A DNA stretch of 64,000 nt from an uncultured bacterium (GTDB lineage: Bacteria > Patescibacteriota > Minisyncoccia > UBA6257 > 2-01-FULL-56-20), in the NCBI GenBank assembly GCA_963719425.1, contig OY970382.1, forward strand, positions 321,246 to 385,245, in the 5' to 3' direction. The stretch's first letter is position 1; the number at the start of each line of letters is the position of its first letter. A program made the translations under genes and the position numbers. This document shows positions 27,232-36,230 of the stretch, piece after piece. The notes below the pieces were generated by a model, which was not told the DNA's origin, made no database searches, and saw nothing but the letters and a program-made list of their open reading frames with translations.

Positions 27232-29352
27232 CTAGCCAAATTGCTCAACCACCACCCGGGCATCCACCACCACCGCGCCTTTGTCGCTCGCCATCACGGG
27301 GTTGAGGTCTATGCCCTGGACTTCGGGATGTTCAAGCGCGAGGTGCGAGAGGGCAATGATGAGTTTTGCGAGAGCGTGCGCGTCCACGGACTTTTGGCCG
27401 CGGGTGCCGCGGAGGAGGGGAGCGCCTTTTATTTCGTCCATCATGGCGCGCGCGTCGGCGTCACTTACGGGGGCCACGCGGAGCGCCACATCCTTCATGG
27501 TTTCCACATAGATGCCGCCGAGGCCGAAGCTTATGATCGGTCCGAAAATGGCGTCGCGCTTCATGCCGATGATCGTCTCCACGCCCTGCGCCATCGGTTG
27601 CACGAGCATTCCCTGGATCTTCGCGTTCGGAACTTTCCGGCGGACGGTTTTTTCCATTTTGTCCCACGCCTGCCGCGCGGCCTCGGCGCCCACTATGTTC
27701 AACCGGACGCCGCCGACATCTGATTTGTGACTCACCTCGCGCGAGATCACTTTCATGGCAGCGGGACGGTTGCCGAGCTTTGCAAAAATGGCGGCAATGT
27801 CGTCTTTCGTGCGAGCAAGGTCGCCCACGAGTTCAATGTCGTATTCCTTGAGCAACGTCCTGGCCTGCAGAAAATCCATGAGCGTAGCGGAGATTTCTTT
27901 CACGGCCGCCGCTTCCGGCTTCTTGTGCCCAAACACGGCGAGCGCGAGGTCATCAAGCGCGCCGATCGCATCGTCCGGAAACTCAAAGTTGACCAGATTG
28001 TTTTCATAAAGTACCCGCACGCCGTCCGCGACCGCGCCGTGGCCCATAAAGACCGGCGCGATGAATTTCTTTTTGCCGTACGTCGCGATAAGCCGCGCCG
28101 TGCCCGCAGCGTCGGTCATCATCTGCGGCGTGACAATCAAAATGATCCCCTCAACGGTTTTTTCCGTGCACAGGATCTTGAGCGCCGCTTCATAGCGCGG
28201 CGGCAAGGCATCGCCCAAGATATCCACGGGATTCCCAATCGCTGCCATCGGAGGAAGTACCTCGGTGAGCGCCCGCTTCGCGCCATCGCTCAACTTTGCG
28301 AGTGAAAGCGCGGAGGACAGTTCCACAAGGTCTGCCGAAACCACCGACGGCCCGCCGCCGTTCGTGAGGATCGCGATCTCGCGCGGGGGCCGCATGGTAT
28401 TCAGGGCGTCCGTCCGCACGCCAAGCGCAAGAAGCTTCGCCATGTTATAGAACTCACGCAGGGAACCGACGACGGCCACCCCACTCTCGTGGCACGCTTC
28501 GTCAAAATCCTTGCTTTCGGGAGCGAGCGAGCCCGTGTGTGAAAGAACCGCCGCGGTGCCGCGCGCGCTCCTGCCCGCCTTCAGAACGACAACCGGCTTT
28601 TTCCGTGTGATCTTCTTCGTGAGTGCCATGAATTTATGTCCGTCACTCACTTTTTCCAGATACAAAAGAATCGCCTTTGTGTCGCGGTCGTCCGCAAGAT
28701 ATTCCAGAAAATCAATTTCCGTAAGCGCCGCTTCGTTGCCCAAACTGATGAACTTTGCAAGTCCCACGTCCTCCTCGCGCGCCCAGTCAAGCATCGCGGT
28801 GCCAAGGGCGCCCGACTGCGAAAGGATGGTAACGGGACCAGCTCGCAGCGGCTCGTTCGCGCTCGCGGCTGCGGCAAAGGTCGCGTTCAGGCCCGAATAG
28901 GCATCAATCGTTCCAAGGCAGTTCGGACCGAGGAGCGCGATGTGATAGCTCGCCGCCGTCATCCGGATCTTTTTCTCAAGCTCCTTGCCCGCGTCGCCCG
29001 CCTCCTTGAAGCCGGAAGAGATCACAATCACCGCGGGCACGTCTTTCCCCCCGCACTCTTCAAGCGCGGCAGGCACCGCAGAAGCGGGGATCGCGATTAG
29101 CGCCAGATCAATCTTATCCTTGATATCCACAATGGACCGATAGGCCGGAAGGCCAAGGACGGTTTGCTCGTTCAGTGAGACGGGAAAGATCTTCCGCTTC
29201 GCCGCGCCCGGGTTGCCATTTGCGCTGCTTGGGTTGCCGTTCGCGCCACCACCTTTCAAATTAAAAACCAGCGAATAGCCAACTTTGTTCTTGTCGTTGG
29301 AGGCGCCGATGACCGCGACCGATTTCGGATCAAAGAAATTCTTGAGGTCCAT
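27232..29352 (-). CDS. Acetate/acyl-CoA ligase (ADP-forming), fused alpha/beta
   Basis: Start reassigned to 29352 (MDLKNFFDPKSVAVIGAS); 'GPNCLG', 'SQSG', 'SHTGS', 'TNGGG', 'HKSDVGGV', 'DLNP'. Confidence 0.92.
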   Translation of the reverse strand: MDLKNFFDPKSVAVIGASNDKNKVGYSLVFNLKGGGANGNPSSANGNPGAAKRKIFPVSLNEQTVLGLPAYRSIVDIKDKIDLALIAIPASAVPAALEECGGKDVPAVIVISSGFKEAGDAGKELEKKIRMTAASYHIALLGPNCLGTIDAYSGLNATFAAAASANEPLRAGPVTILSQSGALGTAMLDWAREEDVGLAKFISLGNEAALTEIDFLEYLADDRDTKAILLYLEKVSDGHKFMALTKKITRKKPVVVLKAGRSARGTAAVLSHTGSLAPESKDFDEACHESGVAVVGSLREFYNMAKLLALGVRTDALNTMRPPREIAILTNGGGPSVVSADLVELSSALSLAKLSDGAKRALTEVLPPMAAIGNPVDILGDALPPRYEAALKILCTEKTVEGIILIVTPQMMTDAAGTARLIATYGKKKFIAPVFMGHGAVADGVRVLYENNLVNFEFPDDAIGALDDLALAVFGHKKPEAAAVKEISATLMDFLQARTLLKEYDIELVGDLARTKDDIAAIFAKLGNRPAAMKVISREVSHKSDVGGVRLNIVGAEAARQAWDKMEKTVRRKVPNAKIQGMLVQPMAQGVETIIGMKRDAIFGPIISFGLGGIYVETMKDVALRVAPVSDADARAMMDEIKGAPLLRGTRGQKSVDAHALAKLIIALSHLALEHPEVQGIDLNPVMASDKGAVVVDARVVVEQFG

Positions 29353-29416
29353 GTACGGCTCGTTATGTTCATAATAACAAACTTGACGGATTCCTGTACG
29401 TGTATAAAATAAGCGG

Positions 29417-29553
29417 TACGTGCTGCTTCCTCTCCTAGGGGGAAGTGGTGGCGTCGGGGAGGGTGGCACCAAACCTCCCGCATAGGGGTTTCCTCTCACC
29501 CTCCCTGAATATAATCAGCCAGTGTATCATAATTGCAGCTGGCTATTTTGTTT
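29417..29553 (+). ncRNA. Candidate ~135-nt two-hairpin small RNA
   Basis: TTGACG(29383-29388)-16-TAAAAT(29405-29410); 12-bp hairpin 29422-29449; 11+7-bp hairpin 29455-29507; terminator 29517-29553; G.U pairs favour the plus strand. Confidence 0.55.
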
Positions 29554-29567
29554 ATAAAAATTACTGC

Positions 29568-29596
29568 TTGCAAAACAAGTGAAACTATTGTATAAT
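29568..29596 (+). promoter_or_regulatory. sigma70 promoter for the Fis-like ORF
   Basis: TTGCAA-17-TATAAT. Confidence 0.65.
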
Positions 29597-29668
29597 ATGC
29601 TCAGCGTAGGAAACAACGGACTTATGTTCTTGGGCCCGAGTTAGCCTACACGCATTGAAAGGAGTATT

Positions 29669-29962
29669 ATGCGGTCCTTTGTTTTTGTGATTGGGGACGA
29701 TGCTCTCGGGCAAGAGCTTGAGAATATCATCAAGCGCGCCGCGGCACAGCCGCACGATGCGCCTGAGGCCGGTGACGGCGAAGTATCTGCCGGCAGCACC
29801 ATTCCTTTCTTACCGACCGGCATGTCACTCCCGCAGTACGAGGAAGAACTTTTCCGAGAAGCGCTGCGCCGCACCAAAGGCAACCAGTGCCGGGCAGCGC
29901 GGCTGCTGGGCATTCCACGGAACATGTTCCGTTATCGGCTGTCAAAACTGAAAGTGCCGTAG
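29669..29962 (+). CDS. Small Fis-family (HTH_8) DNA-binding protein
   Basis: 'EEELFREALRRTKGNQCRAARLLGIPRNMFRYRL'; AAAGGAG SD upstream. Confidence 0.8.
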   Translation: MRSFVFVIGDDALGQELENIIKRAAAQPHDAPEAGDGEVSAGSTIPFLPTGMSLPQYEEELFREALRRTKGNQCRAARLLGIPRNMFRYRLSKLKVP

Positions 29963-30008
29963 TCGCACAAGTTCTATTGGGTTGGGAACTACGGACCCAG
30001 CTCACCAT

Positions 30009-30036
30009 AAACCCCAACGGTCTGCCGTTGGGGTTT
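30009..30036. terminator. Bidirectional terminator hairpin between convergent genes
   Basis: Perfect 12-bp stem AAACCCCAACGG-TCTG-CCGTTGGGGTTT. Confidence 0.8.
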
Positions 30037-30057
30037 GCTCGTTTTACAGCAAGTAAG

Positions 30058-30861
30058 CTACTTTAATTGCTCCTCAAACGTCGGCTGTTCCACGCGGTAG
30101 AAAATGCCGAGCGGGACTTTGTCGTTGCCGGAACCACTTCCACCACCGCCGTCAGTCGCTCCCCGCACCGCCTCCATCGCGTGCGCAAGGTTATCTTTCG
30201 GCTCATTTTCATCAATCCAATACATGCGTTCTTTGTAGTAGTCGCGCGTGTCATAGAAAGTGATGCATGGCTGGATGATATCCACAAACGAGAATCCTTT
30301 GTGCGCGATCGCGGCCTTCATGATCTCCTTGGTCTTCGGGATATCCAGCGCATACGATCGCGCGACGAACGTGGCGCCCGAGGCAAGCATGAAAAGCAGG
30401 GGATTGAACGGCGGCTCGGTACTGCCGTAGGGTGTGGATTTTCCTTTGAAGCCGACGGGCGTCGTAGGCGTTGCCTGGCCGGTTGTCAAAGCAAACACCT
30501 GGTTGTCATGGATGAAAAGATTGATGTCCGAATTTCTGCGCGCCGCATGTACGAGGTGCTCCACGCCCTCCGAATACGAATCGCCGTCGCCGCTGAATCC
30601 CACGACCGTGAGCGCGGGGTTCGCGACCTTCATTCCCTCCATGCTCGCGATCACGCGGCCGTGGAGTGACGTGAACGTGTTCGTGTTCAAATAGTCGGTG
30701 ATCTTGCCGTGGCAGCCGATCCCCGCGGCCGAGACCAAATTCTCCAGCTTCAGCTCGCCGTCGTTCACGAGTTCGGTCACCGCCTGCCGGAAGGCAACAA
30801 GGATCGCCGCGTTCGGGCATCCCGGGCACCAGGTGATTCTTGCTTTGGTTGAGAGGTCCAT
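30058..30861 (-). CDS. 2-oxoacid:ferredoxin oxidoreductase beta subunit
   Basis: 'WCPGC', 'GIGCH', 'LHGR', TPP motif 'GDGD...N', 'LTTGQ.TPT', 'QPC'. Confidence 0.94.
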   Translation of the reverse strand: MDLSTKARITWCPGCPNAAILVAFRQAVTELVNDGELKLENLVSAAGIGCHGKITDYLNTNTFTSLHGRVIASMEGMKVANPALTVVGFSGDGDSYSEGVEHLVHAARRNSDINLFIHDNQVFALTTGQATPTTPVGFKGKSTPYGSTEPPFNPLLFMLASGATFVARSYALDIPKTKEIMKAAIAHKGFSFVDIIQPCITFYDTRDYYKERMYWIDENEPKDNLAHAMEAVRGATDGGGGSGSGNDKVPLGIFYRVEQPTFEEQLK

Positions 30862-32591
30862 TATTTGAGTAGTACGTTTATTTCTTCAGCCAATTCCATC
30901 GGATCAAACGGCCGCGCATCATATCGCAAAATTTTCTTATCAATTTTTATGCCGGTCTTCTCGCGGATGAGGGAGGCGAGCTGTGCCGTGCGGTTGGCCT
31001 CTACGTCAATAATCATCGTTGCGTCCGCGAGTTCCGCAGTCACTCTTTCGGCATCAAACGGTTCCATCCAAACGATCTGTAGAAGCTTTGCCGGCTTTGC
31101 AAGATATTTTGCCGCCTCAAGCACGGCGCCCCTTGTGGATCCCCAGAACACGATCACATTGGGACTGTCTTTGTCTCCGTATACTTTGATGGCCTCGCAG
31201 CTCTTTAATTCGCTCGCGATCCCTTGTGTCTTCGCAAAGCGTTTATCACTCATTTTTTTGATCGCCTCCGCTTCATCGGTTGTGATACCGCCCTCGCTGT
31301 GCTCATAGCTGTCCGCTTTCACGGTCGCGCCCGGCGTGCCCGGGAAAGCCAACGGTGAGACGCCGTCGTCGGTGATTTGATACCGATTATAATTCTCCGG
31401 CACTTTTTCAAGAATTTTGCCCCGCTCAATTTTGACCGACTGTGGATCAAGCGCGGGGACGGTTTCCAAGCTCTCCGAAAGCTCGCGGTCTAGAATAACA
31501 ATGGCCGGCACCTGATATTTCCATGCGAGGTTGAGCGCGTCCGCGCCGCAAACGAACGCTTCATAGGGGTCGCCGGGCGCGAGCACGATGCGTGGAAATT
31601 CGCCGTGGCCAGAATGAAGGATGAATTGCAGATCAGCCTGGCCCGTGTACGTGGGGGCGCCGGTTGCGGGAGCATAGCGCTGCGAAACGGCGATGGCGAT
31701 CGGCAGTTCGGCCATTCCCGCAAAACTGAACGCTTCCTGCATCAACGCGAAGCCGCCGGTCGCAGTGCCCACTGCGGCGCGCTTGCCAGCGTAGACGGCG
31801 CCGAGCGCCATATGAATGACCGCGAGCTCGTTCTCTGGTTGGATCACTTTTATTTTGTATTCCTTTTGCTGTTTGGCGAGAAAATGGAGGATACCGGACG
31901 ACGGTGTCATGGGATAGCTCAAATAAATATCCATTCCCGCCGCCACAAGGCCCCTGCCGAGTGCCGTGTTTCCGTCAAGGAGCTCCGTTGCGGCGGTGCG
32001 TGGCGACGCTGACACCGGTGCAAGTTTCTCTCGCTGTCGTAAATTGAGTCCCGCGAGGTGCTCATATCCTGCCGCAGCGAGCTTCGGGTTTGCGTCCAAG
32101 CTTCTCCCTTCAAATATTTTTTTTAAAGCCGCGGCCATATCATCCGGCGCGACGCCAAGAAGATAGCAAACAGCACCGAGCGCGACGGAGGTGCGGGTGA
32201 TCGGCGGAGCGCCGATTTTTCGCGCAAATTCCTTCATCGGCAAAACAACTACGTTCGTGCCGAAGCGCTCCGCGTACTCTTTTTCAAACGCATCGGCAAG
32301 AACGACGGTGTCTTTGTTCAACTCGTCCTTGTGGATCCGCAAGGTTTCCTCATCAAGTGCAAGAAGTATGTCAAGCGTCGGATGGTCACAATGGACCTTC
32401 TCGCCAGAAAAGGTCACGCGGCTAAAATTGTGTCCGCCGCGGATGAGCGAGGGATAATCAAAACCGACAAAGGCCTCGAAGCCGATGCCCGCGAGGAGCT
32501 GCGCCAAACTTGCCCCTGCTTCCCGCGCGCCTTCGCCCGCCGCGCCGCCGATACCAACGGTGAGGACGTTCTCATGAGAAGATGCTGACAT
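30861..32591 (-). CDS. 2-oxoacid:ferredoxin oxidoreductase alpha(+gamma) subunit
   Basis: Start reassigned to ATG 32591 (TATAAT 6 nt upstream); 'GGAAGEG', 'YPSLIRGG', 'YPMTPS', 'QPENE', 'GHGE'. Confidence 0.93.
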   Translation of the reverse strand: MSASSHENVLTVGIGGAAGEGAREAGASLAQLLAGIGFEAFVGFDYPSLIRGGHNFSRVTFSGEKVHCDHPTLDILLALDEETLRIHKDELNKDTVVLADAFEKEYAERFGTNVVVLPMKEFARKIGAPPITRTSVALGAVCYLLGVAPDDMAAALKKIFEGRSLDANPKLAAAGYEHLAGLNLRQREKLAPVSASPRTAATELLDGNTALGRGLVAAGMDIYLSYPMTPSSGILHFLAKQQKEYKIKVIQPENELAVIHMALGAVYAGKRAAVGTATGGFALMQEAFSFAGMAELPIAIAVSQRYAPATGAPTYTGQADLQFILHSGHGEFPRIVLAPGDPYEAFVCGADALNLAWKYQVPAIVILDRELSESLETVPALDPQSVKIERGKILEKVPENYNRYQITDDGVSPLAFPGTPGATVKADSYEHSEGGITTDEAEAIKKMSDKRFAKTQGIASELKSCEAIKVYGDKDSPNVIVFWGSTRGAVLEAAKYLAKPAKLLQIVWMEPFDAERVTAELADATMIIDVEANRTAQLASLIREKTGIKIDKKILRYDARPFDPMELAEEINVLLK

Positions 32592-32672
32592 ACGAGCATT
32601 ATAGCATCCTTGCGACGCCGTGTGGCGGAGAGATGGTGGACGGAGCGATGTGGGTTTTTGTATAATTCTCTT

Positions 32673-33194
32673 ATGAGAGCGACCGCACTGCAGTTGCAGG
32701 AATTCCTCGCGACAAGGTTGAACTTGGTGATTTGCTTGACTGGCTTCGCCATTCCTTTTATTTTTTCCGGACCGCAGCTTGTTACGGGAACTATTGTGAA
32801 CACCCTCTTTTTCATTTCGGCCGAGAAACTTACAAGGAAAGACTGGTACGCCGTGCTCGTCCTCCCGAGCCTTGGCGCGTTCGCCCATGGGGTGTTGTTC
32901 GGCCCGCAAACGATCTTTCTCTTGTATTTCCTTCCTTTCATCTGGCTGGGAAATTATCTGCAGGTGAGCCTCTTTTCATCGCTACGACCGCAAGGATACG
33001 CGGCAGGAACGCTCTCTTCCGCTCTCGCGAAAAGTCTTCTCTTGATCGGTGCGGCAAACGTATATTATGCGATCCATGCCGTCCCACAGGTATTCATTGC
33101 CTCAATGGGCGCGATACAATTCATCACCGCCTGCCTGGGCGGGGTAGTGTCATATCTCGCAGTGCGTTATCTCAAACCGCATGAATCAACATGA
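32673..33194 (+). CDS. Integral membrane protein (possibly ECF S-component-like), coupled to the hydrogenase-like gene
   Basis: Start ATG 32673 (TATAAT 32661-32666); 'QLVTGTIVN', 'PFIWLGN', 'QFITA..GG'; about 5-6 TMs. Confidence 0.7.
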   Translation: MRATALQLQEFLATRLNLVICLTGFAIPFIFSGPQLVTGTIVNTLFFISAEKLTRKDWYAVLVLPSLGAFAHGVLFGPQTIFLLYFLPFIWLGNYLQVSLFSSLRPQGYAAGTLSSALAKSLLLIGAANVYYAIHAVPQVFIASMGAIQFITACLGGVVSYLAVRYLKPHEST

Positions 33195-34003
33195 ATGAAA
33201 TAGAGACTCTCATCAAGGCGCTCCAGGAAAAAAAGAAATTGGTGGCGATGCTCGCGCCCTCTTTCCCGATAGTATTTTCATATCCGGCCATTATCGCCAC
33301 GCTAAGGAAGGCGGGATTTTCCCACGTAATAGAAGTCGCCGCTGGGGCAAAAAAGACGAACGAGGAATTACTCGCGCTGCTCAAAAAGAATCCCGACGCA
33401 CGATACATCACAAGCCCCTGCCCGACGGTCGTTCGCATGATCCGCACGCAAATGCCCCAGTACGTGAAATACTTTACTCCCGACGTTGATTCCCCGATGG
33501 TCGCCACAGCGAAGATCGCGGCTGAACAATATCCCGATCACAAACCCGTTTTCATCGGCCCGTGCGTCGTAAAAAAACTTGAGGCCACGGAAGACCACCC
33601 CGAACTTAACATCTTGGTTCTCACATATGCGGAGATGTCACAGGTCCTTGCCCGTTTGGGTGTCACGGAAGATCCGGCGGCAGAAGATCAATTTGACCTC
33701 GTGGAGCTCGGCATGACAAGAATCTATCCGGTGGACGGCGGCCTCTCTCACAGCAGCGGAGTACTCACGGGTCTTCCCACGGGCGCGGTTCAGGTAGTAT
33801 CCGGTTGGAAAAACTGCGTGGAGGCCATCAAAAAATTTGACACGGATCCCAAGGTGCGCCTTTTGGATATTCTTTTCTGCGAAGGCGGCTGCATCGGAGG
33901 TCCCGGCATCAAGAGCCCGCTGAATACCGAAGAAAGGAAAAAGAAAATTTTGGATTACTACGCTTCTCACGCTTCGCCGCCCGCAAATCTTCCGCAGATA
34001 TGA
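33191..34003 (+). CDS. Stand-alone [FeFe]-hydrogenase large-subunit C-terminal (H-cluster-like) domain protein
   Basis: 'LAPSF', 'TSPCP', 'DSPM', 'FIGPCVVKKLE', 'LFCEGGCIGGPG'. Confidence 0.85.
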   Translation: MNEIETLIKALQEKKKLVAMLAPSFPIVFSYPAIIATLRKAGFSHVIEVAAGAKKTNEELLALLKKNPDARYITSPCPTVVRMIRTQMPQYVKYFTPDVDSPMVATAKIAAEQYPDHKPVFIGPCVVKKLEATEDHPELNILVLTYAEMSQVLARLGVTEDPAAEDQFDLVELGMTRIYPVDGGLSHSSGVLTGLPTGAVQVVSGWKNCVEAIKKFDTDPKVRLLDILFCEGGCIGGPGIKSPLNTEERKKKILDYYASHASPPANLPQI

Positions 34004-35262
34004 AGATACGTTCACTTGAAGCGCGGCCGATTCTTGACTCGCGGGGCGAATGGACGGTGGAAGTGACGCTTGAACTGAAAAACGGCGCGCGTGCGACCGC
34101 CTCGGTGCCGCAAGGAAAGAGCACCGGTGCGACCGAAGCGCGGGCATTGCCAGCGCCCGTGGCCGTGCGGAAGATAAACAACGTCATCGCGCCGAAATTG
34201 CGGCACACGGATATTCGTGCCCGCGGCAGCCAAAATGAACAGGCTGCGCTTGACGCGTTCCTGATACGGCTAGATGGCACGGGCACGAAGTCCAATTTGG
34301 GTGCGAACGCCATCCTTGCAACTTCCATCGCGTTTGCGCGGGCGTCCGCGACGGCAAACAAAATTCCGCTTTGGGGACATATCCGCAGACTTCTCGGTTC
34401 GGCAGCATTTCCGTCCAAGCTCGCCACCGGACGCGGCCTCGCGCATCCCCGTCTTTTCATTAATGTCATCAATGGGGGATTGCACGCAGGGAACAATTTG
34501 CACTTCCAGGAATATCTCGTCATTCCGAAGTGTCGGACGATCCGCGAATCGGTTGAGATCGGCACCGAGGTCTACCACGCACTGGGCGAGGCGCTCGCAC
34601 GCGCGAAAGGCAAAACTGCAACGAACCTTGGCGACGAAGGGGGATACGCGCCGAATTTTAAGGACGATATGGAACCCCTCCGTATCCTCCGCATCGTCGT
34701 CCAAAAACTGAAGCTCGCAAAGCAAATTGATTTTGGCATTGACGCTGCCGCAACCGACATCAAAAAGTTGAAGCACAAAGAACTGGAAAGCATGTATGTA
34801 AAGCTGCTCCGCCAAGACAACTTTATTTACCTTGAAGATCCGTTCGCCAATAAAGATTTTTTGAGTTTTGCGGCGCTCGCGATGCGCTGCGACGCAGGCA
34901 GGGCAAAGGGCCACGGGCAGCGGGGCGACGCGCCCGTATGGATCGCAGGGGACGATCTTACGACGACAAATATCCACCGCATGGAACGGGCGCATGCGGA
35001 GGGGAGTATAAACGCAGTCATCATAAAGCCGAACCAGATCGGTACGGTAAGCGAAGCATTGGACGCCGTGCGCATGGCTCGCAAATATAACTGGGCAGTC
35101 ATCGCCTCGCACCGGAGTGGCGAAACCGATGATGACTTTATCGCCGACTTTGCCTACGGCGTGGGCGCGGACGGCCTAAAGCTCGGCGCTCCCGCCCGCG
35201 GCGAACGGACCGCGAAGTACAACCGCCTGTTGGAAATTGAAGCTAAGGAAACGCGCCTGTAA
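34000..35262 (+). CDS. eno: Enolase
   Basis: 'LDSRG', 'GDEGG', 'EDP', 'GDDL', 'KPNQIG', 'SHRSGET', 'KYNRLL'. Confidence 0.95.
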   Translation: MKIRSLEARPILDSRGEWTVEVTLELKNGARATASVPQGKSTGATEARALPAPVAVRKINNVIAPKLRHTDIRARGSQNEQAALDAFLIRLDGTGTKSNLGANAILATSIAFARASATANKIPLWGHIRRLLGSAAFPSKLATGRGLAHPRLFINVINGGLHAGNNLHFQEYLVIPKCRTIRESVEIGTEVYHALGEALARAKGKTATNLGDEGGYAPNFKDDMEPLRILRIVVQKLKLAKQIDFGIDAAATDIKKLKHKELESMYVKLLRQDNFIYLEDPFANKDFLSFAALAMRCDAGRAKGHGQRGDAPVWIAGDDLTTTNIHRMERAHAEGSINAVIIKPNQIGTVSEALDAVRMARKYNWAVIASHRSGETDDDFIADFAYGVGADGLKLGAPARGERTAKYNRLLEIEAKETRL

Positions 35263-35353
35263 TTAAGTCAACGCTCGGGCGGCTGGAGGATGCGAGAACT
35301 TCCATCCTAGCCATGGGGTAGGGTATTCCAAGCTATTGAACCACGGCAATAAA

Positions 35354-35381
35354 TTGACAAAGTCTATAGGTATGATATAAT
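35354..35381 (+). promoter_or_regulatory. Consensus sigma70 promoter
   Basis: TTGACA-16-TATAAT with extended TG. Confidence 0.7.
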
Positions 35382-35461
35382 GTGTCCAGCCCATCGGAAA
35401 TTGGCCCCAAGGCTTATCCGGTGACTTTGGTAAGGAAACAGGAAAAGAGGAGAGAAAGATC

Positions 35462-36031
35462 ATGAGGATTCTTGTGATCGACGACAACGCGACCAATCTA
35501 GCGGCCGCCGCGGCTCAACTGAAGGGCCACGAACTGACCGCAGCCCGGAGCTACGATGAGGGCCGCGAACTGATTCGGGGCAAGTACAATAAGGAGACAT
35601 ACCAATACGACCAGCCTGGGCAGTACGATGCAGTACTCGTAGACCTGTTAATGCCCGCGAGCAAGGAAGCGCAGGGGGCGGGGATGAAGTTTGCCGGTCA
35701 GGAGATGCCCGTTGGCATTTTCCTTGCGCTCCTCGCTGCGAAGAAAGGCGCGAAGTACGCTGCGGTCTTCACTGACAGCGACCATCATTCGCATCCTGCC
35801 TCAGCCTGCTTCGACGCCTTCAACGACAAGGGCGAATGCGATCCAACACCCTTCACAGTTGCAGGCGCGAATGTCATTCTCTGTAACAATCGCAACTGGG
35901 TCAATCATTACAAGCCCGACAACCTTTCGCGACCACTCGAGTTTGATGAGTGGTACCAGACGGGCATTGCGACCGTGATCGCGAAGAACTGGGAAGAGCT
36001 CCTCAAATACCTCATCGCTGTAGCGAAGTAG
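35462..36031 (+). CDS. Receiver (REC)-like domain protein, orphan and divergent
   Basis: 'MRILVIDD' and 'YDAVLVDLLMP'; no kinase or output domain nearby. Confidence 0.65.
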   Translation: MRILVIDDNATNLAAAAAQLKGHELTAARSYDEGRELIRGKYNKETYQYDQPGQYDAVLVDLLMPASKEAQGAGMKFAGQEMPVGIFLALLAAKKGAKYAAVFTDSDHHSHPASACFDAFNDKGECDPTPFTVAGANVILCNNRNWVNHYKPDNLSRPLEFDEWYQTGIATVIAKNWEELLKYLIAVAK

Positions 36032-36053
36032 TGCAGCAAATCCTAAACCAAGG

Positions 36054-36181
36054 AAGGAGGTGATGAATACCAGGCCGCATGGTTCGCCCAGCGGCCCTTT
36101 CGTTTCCATGATGCCCCTCGGTCTGTCCGATACTTTTACTAGGTGCTCCCGGCGGCTGGACTCGGACCTTACATTCACCTC
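36054..36181 (+). other. Structured intergenic element beginning with extended SD AAGGAGGTGAT
   Basis: 36057-36063 pairs with 36175-36181; inner stems 36073-78/36091-96 and 36125-30/36162-67. Confidence 0.35.
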
Positions 36182-36230
36182 GCCAACGTCCGGCGCGGGC
36201 CGTGAGAATTTTGTTGTATAATGAAGGGGA

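Noticed and set aside
29353-32909. Long N-terminal extensions of ORFs 27232-29499, 30861-32909 and 32610-33194 in the ORF track (likewise 5334 and 7184)
   Set aside because: They run through promoters, structured RNA or opposite-strand genes; homology and -10 positions support later starts.
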